A DNA stretch of 37,894 bases from a virus (lineage: Duplodnaviria; Caudoviricetes), in IMG/VR virus record IMGVR_UViG_3300012971_000040, positions 1 through 37,894 of that record, one strand, 5' to 3'. The first letter of the stretch is position 1. Every line of letters begins with the position of its first letter. The notes under the pieces are model-generated. The model saw only the letters and a program-made list of their open reading frames with translations, was not told the origin of the DNA and made no database searches. The position numbers were made by a program, and so were the translations under genes. Below, in pieces: positions 9,759 to 17,496 of this stretch.

Positions 9759-10502
9759 TCACTGCACCGCAGTCAGGTGTCGCACTACAGAGCAGGAGAA
9801 AACTGCGTTGCTGAACGTCCCCGTCGTGACCGCCCGCAGCCAGCGCTTGATCGTGAGGTTGTTCGCGGTCTGCACCCGCTGGAAGGTGATCCCGGTGGCT
9901 GCGGTGAATGCCGCCCCGGTCACATCGGCGTACGGGTCGCCGCTGCCATTGTCGCTGGAATGCTGGATCTTGACGGTGACCGAGGTTCCAGCGAAGGCGA
10001 ACACGTGTAAATAGGCAGCAAGCCCGAACGCGCTGGATGCGGTGCCGTCAACGCCCGTGCCGTTGGTTGCCGTCGAATCGATTCGCTTGCCGGCGGTGAG
10101 CTGGACGCCCCACTCCAGTGGATACCCGGCGGACGACAGTCCTTCCACCTTGAACGTCAGCGCACCGTCATTCGCGCGGTTGGCGTCGTACCCGACTTGT
10201 TTGGCCAGCAGATCCACCGACGGCTGTCCGAGCGAGGTGCCGATCCGCGCGCTGACCAGCTGATCGGTGGTCGGAAGGTTGTTGAACCGGTCATGCGCCG
10301 TGCCTGCGGACGGGTTGAACCAGCTCGTGCAGCCCAGTAGTCCAGAAAACAGTCCGCCGACACGCTCTATCCCGTTCTTGTCGATCGCCGTGCATTCCAG
10401 CAGATTTGGGCCGCCCTTGACATTGTCGAGGGCCGTTATGTCGCCGCTGAGGTCGTACCCGGCGACATAGAGCGCCATACCGAGACCGGATCGCTTAGCC
10501 AT
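9759..10502 (-). CDS. Tail tube-like structural protein
   Basis: 247 aa; MAKRSGLG...DLSGDI...TAIDK..ERV is similar to the 9257 gene N-terminus; beta-rich C-terminal domain. Confidence 0.7.
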   Translation of the reverse strand: MAKRSGLGMALYVAGYDLSGDITALDNVKGGPNLLECTAIDKNGIERVGGLFSGLLGCTSWFNPSAGTAHDRFNNLPTTDQLVSARIGTSLGQPSVDLLAKQVGYDANRANDGALTFKVEGLSSAGYPLEWGVQLTAGKRIDSTATNGTGVDGTASSAFGLAAYLHVFAFAGTSVTVKIQHSSDNGSGDPYADVTGAAFTAATGITFQRVQTANNLTIKRWLRAVTTGTFSNAVFSCSVVRHLTAVQ

Positions 10503-10806
10503 GGTCCGGCCCCCGGTAGGCGATCGAGAACCCCGGTATGCCGAGGCCGAAGTCCGGATCGGCGCTGGCCGGGCGGCACGGTGCGCGGAGCTCGAATTCG
10601 TCAGGCGATACCATCGGATGGTGATAGCTCAGCCCGGCGCGGACGCCTGCCCAACGGAACCGCTCGCCGCACTGAGCGCACGAGACGGTGATCTCGGCGA
10701 CGTACGCCTGCGGCATGCCGTCGTCAGTCTCGGCTTCACCGATGCGACCTATTGCCACGTTCGCAGCGAAATCGTTATGCTTGCACGGCCGATCGGGATT
10801 CGTCAT
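10495..10806 (-). CDS. Hypothetical protein with CxxC
   Basis: ATG 10806 overlaps the upstream stop, with GGAGG RBS; CKH...CAQCGERF. Confidence 0.6.
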   Translation of the reverse strand: MTNPDRPCKHNDFAANVAIGRIGEAETDDGMPQAYVAEITVSCAQCGERFRWAGVRAGLSYHHPMVSPDEFELRAPCRPASADPDFGLGIPGFSIAYRGPDHG

Positions 10807-11135
10807 CGCCCACCTCCCTCGATCGGAACGAGCGGGCCGTTGGACACCCCGTGATGGCGATGGGTCGCCAGATGGCTCACATCGGCCGCCCGGTCCGTCC
10901 GCAGCGCGGCATACGCCTGCTTGGCCGACTCGATCCACTCGTCCGGCACCTCGTGCAGGTAGGCACCGTGGATCTTCACGCCATGTCGGGAAGCGCTGAG
11001 AGTGAGGTGGTTGCGCTCGGCCGACCAGAGGTCCGGGAACCAGCTCGCCAGGGAATCACCCCCGCGGTCCGTTGTGACCAGGACGACCGGACCATCGCTG
11101 TCAGCCGCCGTCACCGCGCGCCTCCCATCGAGCAA
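10803..11135 (-). CDS. Hypothetical protein
   Basis: ORF fills the gap between coupled neighbours; start may be GTG 11114. Confidence 0.5.
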   Translation of the reverse strand: MLDGRRAVTAADSDGPVVLVTTDRGGDSLASWFPDLWSAERNHLTLSASRHGVKIHGAYLHEVPDEWIESAKQAYAALRTDRAADVSHLATHRHHGVSNGPLVPIEGGGR

Positions 11136-11598
11136 GATTCGCCACGTCGGAATCAGGGGCGACCGGCAGTCCGGACATTGCCCTCACCAGCGCACAGGAC
11201 AGCTCCCGAACCCGATGCTCCAGCAGCTCTATTCGACCGACGTGGTCAAAATGAAAACACTCATTCCCCGTTCGCGCAGCTGCCTGAAACTTCTCACAGA
11301 TCTCGATTCGCCGTTCGGCTGAACCATCGAGAATGAGCGCCAGCAGCTGGCCGGGTGTGTCGTGCACTGCTGGATCGCGTGGCGTGTCGTCGGCGCCGTG
11401 GCGAGCGACCAACCCACCCTCCTCGATCGTCTGCCGCAGATAGCAGGCGAGATCGAGCGCTTCCTGGTAGGCGTCGATGATCGAGTCTCGGCCGTTGTGC
11501 GCCTGCGGCGCCGTGCCGTAGCGATCAATGCCGACCTGCTCACGCTGGAAGAGGTCGGACCGGATCTTCGGGGCAGGCTGGTCGGCGATCTGGGTCAT
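11101..11598 (-). CDS. Phage protein with all-alpha NTP-pyrophosphatase-like motif
   Basis: ATG 11598 (ATGA overlap); GIDRYGTAPQAHNGRDSIIDAYQEALDLACYL resembles the acidic helix of the MazG/dUTPase superfamily (inference). Confidence 0.55.
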   Translation of the reverse strand: MTQIADQPAPKIRSDLFQREQVGIDRYGTAPQAHNGRDSIIDAYQEALDLACYLRQTIEEGGLVARHGADDTPRDPAVHDTPGQLLALILDGSAERRIEICEKFQAAARTGNECFHFDHVGRIELLEHRVRELSCALVRAMSGLPVAPDSDVANLARWEARGDGG

Positions 11599-11849
11599 GG
11601 CCGCCGACCCCGTCCATAGCGGGAACCATGGCGGATCAGTGACCAGCCGGCGGGAAGCCGGACCTCCCGGATGGGGTTGGCTGGTTGCGCGCTCTGCTCG
11701 ATGGCGGTCGCCGCTGCGATCCACGCCGTGCGCTGTCGCTGCGTCAGATCACCCCACTGCGACATCGGCTCATCGCGGCAGTTGAGCCACCCAGTCGATT
11801 CGCCGTAGGCGTTGTATCCAACCATCGCGGCGTTCTCATTGTCCGCCAT
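11595..11849 (-). CDS. Hypothetical phage protein
   Basis: 84 aa; translationally coupled on both sides. Confidence 0.6.
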   Translation of the reverse strand: MADNENAAMVGYNAYGESTGWLNCRDEPMSQWGDLTQRQRTAWIAAATAIEQSAQPANPIREVRLPAGWSLIRHGSRYGRGRRP

Positions 11850-12301
11850 CAGGCCACCTGCTCCCAGAGATCGTCGACGATGGCCGGAACCGTCAGGGTG
11901 TAGACGCGGTAGAGCCGTCCATCCTGCGTGATGTATCCGGCCTGCGCTTCCAACGGAATTCCGGCCGCGCCGAGCAGATCGATGTTGCGGACGTTTCCGC
12001 CCAGCTGAAAATCACCGGAGTATGCCGTCATCAGAGCGTCTACCGCACTCAGCATTCCGGGCTCGATCGCATCCTGCGGCTCGCTCAGCATGTTCTGATA
12101 GATGCGCAGGTTGAAGACAATCCGCCCGGTCGTGCGAGCAAGCCCGGAACCTGCGGGAACCGGTCCGATCCGATCTCCCCACAACGCCGCCGTAAGTCCG
12201 GTGTGCGGTGCAGACTTCGGCTCGTGCTGATTCACGCGCTCGAACAGTCCGGAAGCGAGGGCGTGGGATACGAGTGGGTCAAGAATCGCGGAGGTGTCCA
12301 T
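11849..12301 (-). CDS. Tail terminator-like protein
   Basis: ATG 12301; 150 aa; VNQHEPKSAP...YSGDFQLGGNVRNIDLLG; follows the neck gene. Confidence 0.7.
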   Translation of the reverse strand: MDTSAILDPLVSHALASGLFERVNQHEPKSAPHTGLTAALWGDRIGPVPAGSGLARTTGRIVFNLRIYQNMLSEPQDAIEPGMLSAVDALMTAYSGDFQLGGNVRNIDLLGAAGIPLEAQAGYITQDGRLYRVYTLTVPAIVDDLWEQVA

Positions 12302-12678
12302 CAGTTCATCCTCGCCAAGTATTGCCCGAGAATGCGTTCGGCGATCTGGCCAGCCTTGCCCTGCAACTGCTGAGCGACCTTCCGGAAGGTGAAATACCCC
12401 TTGAACCGCGTGGTCCGGTTGCGGGAGCCCACTCCCTCCAGCCATGGGCCGTAGACGATCCCGGAGTCATTGATCGAGAGATCGTCGCGCTGCCGGGTGG
12501 TCCGGATGCCGCGCTCATAGCGCCCCGTCGGGCGCTGCAGTACCGAGTCGAGCACGGCGTGCACGTCGTCGACACCCTGGCGGCCGACCTCCTCCTGAGC
12601 CGCCTGGCGGTAGGCGTCCAGCGCCCGATCGGCCCGCCCGTCGAATAACGGACCGGACAGCCTCACCAGTTCGCTCAT
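12301..12678 (-). CDS. Neck/tail-completion protein (HK97 gp10-like)
   Basis: ATG 12678; PTGRYERGI...VYGPWLEG...FKGY..FR; coupled to both neighbours. Confidence 0.7.
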   Translation of the reverse strand: MSELVRLSGPLFDGRADRALDAYRQAAQEEVGRQGVDDVHAVLDSVLQRPTGRYERGIRTTRQRDDLSINDSGIVYGPWLEGVGSRNRTTRFKGYFTFRKVAQQLQGKAGQIAERILGQYLARMN

Positions 12679-13727
12679 CAGACCACCCGCGTCCGCGCTT
12701 TGCGGGCGTACGCCGTGCATGCTCTGGCCCGTAGGTCGGCCAGCCCGGCGCCACGGGCCTCGGTCGCCGTCTCACCGGATCCGATCACCCGGGCGTACGC
12801 GCTGCGCTCCTGCTCAACGGCGTTGATCGTCTCGGCGATGGCCAGCTGACTCAACAGCGCGGGCGGAATCCAGCAGTTCACCGTGGAACCGTCGGAGTGC
12901 GTGGTAGCTGAGGTGCCGGTCTGTGCACGTCGCACGGTGAGCCGTCGCGAGGCGTAGATCGTGGAGCCCGTGTGCTCGGCCAGCACGCTGCCGTCCCATG
13001 CCCGTTTAACGATTAGGGTGTTGCCCGCCACGTCGGTGATCAACATCCGCTCGCCGTCCAACAGGAGCGTCTCGTCCCGCGCGAACGCCGATCCGCTGGT
13101 CACGGCGACCGTGCCGGCGGCAGCCGAGGCTGCCATCGGAGACTGAAGCGTCTGGCCGGAATCGAGCCAGCCGCGATCACTGACCAGCATCCGCTCGGCG
13201 TCGACCACGATCAGATCGCCGACCCCGATGCCGGAGCCGTTGGTTACGTCCACTTCGGTCTCAGTGCCGTCCAGCGGCTCAGCCAGGCTGGTCGCCGCCG
13301 CGATCTGCACCGCGCAACCGGCCCACGTTCCGGTCAGGGCCACGGAGCGCTGATGGGTGGCTCCGACGTTGAAGGCCGCCGACGCCGCGAGATTGATCTC
13401 GATCGCACTGTACGGCGGCCCGATGGGGGGCCAGAGCACGTACTGACCAGGGGTGAGGCTGATCCCGCCGCTGACCAGGCTGGTGAGGCTGATGAGCTGG
13501 TCGGCGTCCAGCCAGAGTCTCCAGGGGATCGGGCTCTGCTCGTTCGGCCAGTCTTTGTACCGCGTCTCGGTGATCGGGTAGAACACCCGGTGCGTGTCGG
13601 CGTCGATGCCGTCGGCGGCAGCCTGCAGGAGGCGGTCTACCTGCGCGAATGCGCGCGCTGTGTCCGCTATGTCCAGCGCGCGGCAGACGTCCTCGCGCGT
13701 GCAGTAGCACGGCCGGTGGATCGCCAC
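12678..13727 (-). CDS. Head-tail connector/adaptor with inserted repeated beta domains
   Basis: GTG 13727; N-terminal YCTREDV..ALD...IDADTHRVF typical of gp6/gp15-like adaptors; internal duplication GDLIVVDAERMLV / DETLLLDGERMLI. Confidence 0.7.
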   Translation of the reverse strand: MAIHRPCYCTREDVCRALDIADTARAFAQVDRLLQAAADGIDADTHRVFYPITETRYKDWPNEQSPIPWRLWLDADQLISLTSLVSGGISLTPGQYVLWPPIGPPYSAIEINLAASAAFNVGATHQRSVALTGTWAGCAVQIAAATSLAEPLDGTETEVDVTNGSGIGVGDLIVVDAERMLVSDRGWLDSGQTLQSPMAASAAAGTVAVTSGSAFARDETLLLDGERMLITDVAGNTLIVKRAWDGSVLAEHTGSTIYASRRLTVRRAQTGTSATTHSDGSTVNCWIPPALLSQLAIAETINAVEQERSAYARVIGSGETATEARGAGLADLRARACTAYARKARTRVV

Positions 13728-13833
13728 CCCTGACCCTTGCTTTCCTGGCCGCTGCCCGTAGGCAGAGGGTGTGGTCCGCCCGACCTTGCCCGCAGCGTAC
13801 CCCCGGCGAGTCGTCACCACTAGCATCAGCGTG

Positions 13834-14136
13834 GTGACAGATCCGACGCTGACCGAACTGCTACGCGAAGCTAGGACGATCTGGGGTCAGCAGCGGATGG
13901 CGTTACCGGAGGTGGCTATCGCCGCCGGAGTCGTCTGTGGCGATCTCTGTCGGTGTGCTCGCGACCACCAGGAAGGCAGGCACGTGTCAGCCGACGACCT
14001 CATGCGCGAGCTAGGCAACTTGATTCTGTCCGCCGTACGATGGTCCGACGATCTCGGGTTGATTCCAGCGGACTGCGTCACGTCCGCAATCTCGGCGCAA
14101 CGCGCATACGTCGGTAGTCGGGCGCCCACATCATGA
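13834..14136 (+). CDS. MazG-like nucleotide pyrophosphohydrolase
   Basis: GDLCR.ARD...DDLMRELGNLILS..RW..DLG resembles the MazG fold; -10 TAGCAT at 13821-13826 suggests a leaderless start at GTG 13831/13834. Confidence 0.6.
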   Translation: MTDPTLTELLREARTIWGQQRMALPEVAIAAGVVCGDLCRCARDHQEGRHVSADDLMRELGNLILSAVRWSDDLGLIPADCVTSAISAQRAYVGSRAPTS

Positions 14137-14306
14137 CCCCCGATGAGTTGATCGATGCCTGCCGACGGGTTCAGCGATTGTCCCTCGACGCCGTCCTGGT
14201 CAAGAACGCCCTTGGCAATCTCGCGGTCATGGTCGACGACGTGATGATCGCATTCATCGATCTGGGCGCGACCGTGGCCGATGATGTTCTGACGATCGTT
14301 GATTAG
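14133..14306 (+). CDS. Small hypothetical protein (57 aa, not in ORF track)
   Basis: ATGA overlap with the previous stop; MTPDELIDACRRVQ...LVKNALGNLAV; ends TAG 14306. Confidence 0.55.
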   Translation: MTPDELIDACRRVQRLSLDAVLVKNALGNLAVMVDDVMIAFIDLGATVADDVLTIVD

Positions 14307-15562
14307 CTAGCGCACCGGCACGGCCAGCATCGTCCGTACGGCCAGCTCGGCCTGCTGAGGCACCACGCCGTTCCCGAGGATCCGGAGCATGTCGTTGCGG
14401 CTCAATCCGGTAACGGCGGTAACCCAACCGTCCGGCAGGCCCATCATCCATTCGACGAACCGTGCGCTGAGCTGCTGGCCGTCGCGCTTACCGGTCTGTG
14501 TCGGCGCGGGTGCTGGTCTGCCGATGATCAGTTCCCAGCGTCGGATGGCTGGTCCGTACGGTCCCCATGCCAGCTCGGGGGGAGACCATCCCAGGTCTCG
14601 AACTCTCTCGGCAGAACCCCCTGTGCGATCTCGATTGCTTGCTCCAGTGACGGGCTGGTCGAGGAGTTCTTCACTGTCGATCTGCCCGTCCGACTCGCCG
14701 CGACCCTCGGTGTCGGGAGAAGCCGATGGATCGTCTCGCTCAACGGCCTGCCCGGCTGATCCCCCCACCCCGCACCCCGGCCCGCGTCGCGGGCCGCTGG
14801 CGTCGGGAGCAGCGCCATCACCGCCGACGGCAGCATCCGATCCCCCGCCGATCCGCGCTGATTCGGTCCGCCCTTCTCCCCATCCGACGCCCCGGGCGTC
14901 GGAAACAGCCGACTCATGGCGGTCCGGATCTCCGGACCGCCATCCCCGTGTTCCCCCGGGCCGAACCGGTCCGATGCCGTTGGGGTAGGGAGCAGGTCGG
15001 GCGATGATGAATACCCGGAAACGGCCGTGCGGTGCCCCGACGTCGGAAGCGCGTAGGCCACGCCATTGCGCATCGTACCCACAGTCGGCCAAGTCGCCGA
15101 GAACACGTCCGAGTGCTCGCAGAAGAGTCCCCCCCCACCGTCTCCCATACACCACGGGCAGCGTTCCACGCCGCTATCATCGGCCCTGGTCGAGAGCAGT
15201 CCTCGGACATTCTCAATCACCACCAGTTCGGGCCGTAGGATGGAGATCGCCTTCGCTGCATTATCCCATAGGCCGGAGCGCGTCCCCGGCCGAAGGCCAG
15301 CCCGCTGGCCAGCGTCCGATATGTCCTGGCAGGGGAATCCCAACGTCAGCACGTCCACCCTCGGCACCGAGTCCCACTCGACGCACCGCACGTCGCCGAG
15401 GTTGGGCACGCCGGGATTGCGGCGCGTGAGAACGGCGCACGCCGCGAGGTCGATCTCCGAATACCACGCGAGACGGCCGCCGATGGCACGCTGCACGCCC
15501 ATGGTCAGGCCGCCGTGGCCTTCGAACAGACCGCCGATCGTCGGTTCCACACCGCCGTCCAC
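14307..15562 (-). pseudogene. C5 cytosine DNA methyltransferase, catalytic chain, frameshifted at G8 tract 15129-15136
   Basis: Motifs I (LFEGHGG), IV (GFPCQD) and VI (ENV) are in one frame; VIII (GAPHGRFRVF), IX (FVEWMMGLP) and X (LGNGVVPQ) are in the next. Adding one G at the G8 run joins them. Confidence 0.85.
14528..15210 (-). CDS. Overlapping second MTase polypeptide (beta/TRD-like, LPTP repeats), also broken at the G8 tract
   Basis: ATG 15210 inside the ENV codons gives MSEDCSRPGPMIAAWNAARGVWETV; with G9 this continues GGGLFCEHSDVFSATWPTVGTMRNG and four L(L/F)PTP repeats to 14528. Confidence 0.6.
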
Positions 15563-15566
15563 GCTT

Positions 15567-15598
15567 CCTCCATGTCCTGTGACCCCGTCGGGTACTAC
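15567..15598 (-). repeat. Inverted copy of the 32-bp leader/RBS element, upstream of the methyltransferase
   Basis: Exact reverse complement of 15663-15694 (GTAGTACCCGACGGGGTCACAGGACATGGAGG). Confidence 0.95.
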
Positions 15599-15630
15599 AT
15601 CATGCTATCAGCAGGTGCCAGCCAGCACGC

Positions 15631-15694
15631 CCTTGACACCCGCCGCGCAACGCGGCATACTGGTAGTACCCGACGGGGTCACAGGACATGGAGG
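15631..15694 (+). promoter_or_regulatory. Sigma70-type promoter + leader + RBS, copy 1
   Basis: TTGACA (15633-38), 17-bp spacer containing the palindrome GCCGCG-CAA-CGCGGC, CATACT (15656-61), then leader and GGAGG. Confidence 0.85.
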
Positions 15695-15702
15695 TAGCAG
15701 GG

Positions 15703-15909
15703 ATGGAAGCCACAACCATCGGTGATCGCATCACCGGGCGATGCGTGGCCACGAGCGAGATTTTCTCGGGCACTGTCATCGCCGTCTATCGTCCTCGGAC
15801 CGCCGACTCCGAAATCAGGTACCGACTTTGCGACACTGGCCAGTACTGGTCGTTCGGAAGCTCGGTAGAGCCAGTCGTGTATCTGCTCGCAACAAACCAA
15901 GGATGCTGA
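15703..15909 (+). CDS. Small hypothetical protein
   Basis: ATG 8 nt after GGAGG of the repeat; 68 aa. Confidence 0.65.
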   Translation: MEATTIGDRITGRCVATSEIFSGTVIAVYRPRTADSEIRYRLCDTGQYWSFGSSVEPVVYLLATNQGC

Positions 15910-16025
15910 CGATGGAAAGCTCATTTGTGGAGCGCGGTCGTATTCATGAAGATGGTCCCGTGCTACCGACACTGGTGAACGGGGAATTGGTTGACCAACT
16001 GATTCCATTGAGGAGGGGGATGGTC

Positions 16026-16445
16026 ATGCCCGCGACGATGAGTCCCACAATCACTAAGGGCGAGCTGCTGACACTGCTCGCGAAGCTGCCCGGCGACACG
16101 CCGCTGATGGCCTACGATCTTTCGAGAGCCATCAGCATGGATCTGCACCTGACCGCAGAGGACGTCCGGTTCCTTATCAAGGCAGAAGCAAGTTCGATTG
16201 CGCTGGATGCGGACGACCTGCCGCTCGGCTCAGATCCAGCGCGCTCTTCCCCGATAAACAAGGAAGTTCTGATCGCTCTGCTGGCCGACGTACCTGACGA
16301 CATGCCGTTGATCGCCTACAGCTGGGCGCGCGGGGACTACATGAATCTCGCACTGCCCGCTGATTCGCTGATGGAACAGTACTACGAGCCCGGAGATGCC
16401 GTCGTCCTGCTTGCTCATGACAACTACGACACTCGGCAGTGGTGA
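16026..16445 (+). CDS. Hypothetical protein with internal tandem duplication
   Basis: RBS AGGAGG at 16011; ITKGELLTLLAKLPGDTPLMAY versus INKEVLIALLADVPDDMPLIAY; start could be upstream (15912). Confidence 0.7.
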   Translation: MPATMSPTITKGELLTLLAKLPGDTPLMAYDLSRAISMDLHLTAEDVRFLIKAEASSIALDADDLPLGSDPARSSPINKEVLIALLADVPDDMPLIAYSWARGDYMNLALPADSLMEQYYEPGDAVVLLAHDNYDTRQW

Positions 16446-16717
16446 AGGCGATGTTGCGGATCGGATATAAAATGCAACTCGCCTGTGAGTTACTCGCGGG
16501 CGAAGGCGGCGCACTGCCGAGTGTCCATCGACTGGCCTTATGGGTCGGGCCACACGGATCGACGAAATACGGGTACGCCATCGTCAAGCGTTGCATTCGT
16601 GCCGGACTGGTGACACGCGAGCCTGGTCACCCGCTGGCAAACCCGAAGGGTGATGGCGCCGTGGTGCTGACGGACGCCGGGAGGAAGTGCTCCGATGAAG
16701 CTGCTGTCAGCCGATGA
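16442..16717 (+). CDS. Winged-helix-like DNA-binding protein
   Basis: GTGA overlap; IVKRCIRAGLVTR...VVLTDAGR resembles a MarR-like wing. Confidence 0.55.
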   Translation: MKAMLRIGYKMQLACELLAGEGGALPSVHRLALWVGPHGSTKYGYAIVKRCIRAGLVTREPGHPLANPKGDGAVVLTDAGRKCSDEAAVSR

Positions 16718-16925
16718 GATCGGCCGGCTGCTCCGGCCCGGCAATCCCATGTCCGCGTCGACCGTGCGCAGCATCCTGTACCGGGCCGGCATCCGGGAGG
16801 TCCGCGGCTACCCGGCCGATCAGGTAGAAGACTTGCTGAAGAGCCGATCGGACCTTGACAACAGCCGCGCAACGCGGCATACTGGTAGTACCCGACGGGG
16901 TCACGGGACATGGAGGACAGCATGA
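16695..16925 (+). CDS. Small HTH protein
   Basis: LLSADEIGRLL...SASTVRSILYRAGI; the C-terminus reads through promoter copy 2. Confidence 0.55.
   Translation: MKLLSADEIGRLLRPGNPMSASTVRSILYRAGIREVRGYPADQVEDLLKSRSDLDNSRATRHTGSTRRGHGTWRTA
16853..16916 (+). promoter_or_regulatory. Sigma70-type promoter + leader + RBS, copy 2
   Basis: 64-bp direct repeat of 15631-15694 with 3 mismatches. Confidence 0.9.
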
Positions 16926-17092
16926 CGATTACGCAGGTCAAGCCCGGAGCAATCCTCATCGGCCGTTGCGTCACCTCGATCGAGGACATGCGCAACAGCG
17001 AGGTGTGCGTGTGGTTCGAGGACGGATTCATGGTCATGCCAGCCAGCACCGTAGTTGACGCCGGTGACGATCTGACGTTCACTCCGGCGTGA
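16922..17092 (+). CDS. Small hypothetical protein
   Basis: ATG 5 nt after GGAGG of repeat copy 2; 56 aa. Confidence 0.6.
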   Translation: MTITQVKPGAILIGRCVTSIEDMRNSEVCVWFEDGFMVMPASTVVDAGDDLTFTPA

Positions 17093-17134
17093 CTAAGGCA
17101 ATATTGGAGCACGTACGCGGTTAGGAGTTAGACG

Positions 17135-17317
17135 ATGTTTCAGACCGCAGTGGACCGGCTCGATCCAGCGCAACGCGCGCGGTGGGATGACCTGCGTGGT
17201 CAGCGTGTGTCCTGCTGGCCAGCGGACCTCACGACACACGTGGAGAGTCAGAATCCACACAACAGCGAGGACATTATGGAGGCCATCGCCTCCTGGATTT
17301 TGAACCAATCAGTTTGA
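17135..17317 (+). CDS. Small hypothetical protein
   Basis: 60 aa with an AGGAG RBS; its stop overlaps the -35 of the downstream promoter. Confidence 0.55.
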   Translation: MFQTAVDRLDPAQRARWDDLRGQRVSCWPADLTTHVESQNPHNSEDIMEAIASWILNQSV

Positions 17318-17343
17318 CGTACCGTACCGCATGACGGTACCCT
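17314..17343 (+). promoter_or_regulatory. Promoter of the Y RNA-alkB-Ro operon with an operator-like inverted repeat
   Basis: TTGACG (17314-19), 18-bp spacer, TACCCT (17338-43); GTACCGT-N8-ACGGTAC (17319-17340) overlaps it. The predicted start (~17350) matches the 5' end of RNA 1. Confidence 0.7.
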
Positions 17344-17351
17344 CAGCGCGA

Positions 17352-17479
17352 GAACGGGTCGGAGACAGTCGGTTATCCATGCGGAGGAAGTGGAGCGGGT
17401 TCGAATCCCGTCACCTGCGTATCGTAGGTGTAGTGTAATGGCAGCACACTTAAACCCGGCAGTCACATCACATCCGTTC
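17352..17479 (+). ncRNA. Y RNA (YrlA-like) 1 with permuted tRNA module
   Basis: Terminal stem GAACGGG/TCCGTTC; shared GTCGGTTATC; T arm GCGGG-TTCGAAT-CCCGT, closed acceptor-like stem CACCTGCG/CGTAGGTG, then TA + D arm GTGT-AATGGCA-GCAC; upstream of a Ro gene. Confidence 0.85.
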
Positions 17480-17496
17480 GTCATGATAAATCAATA

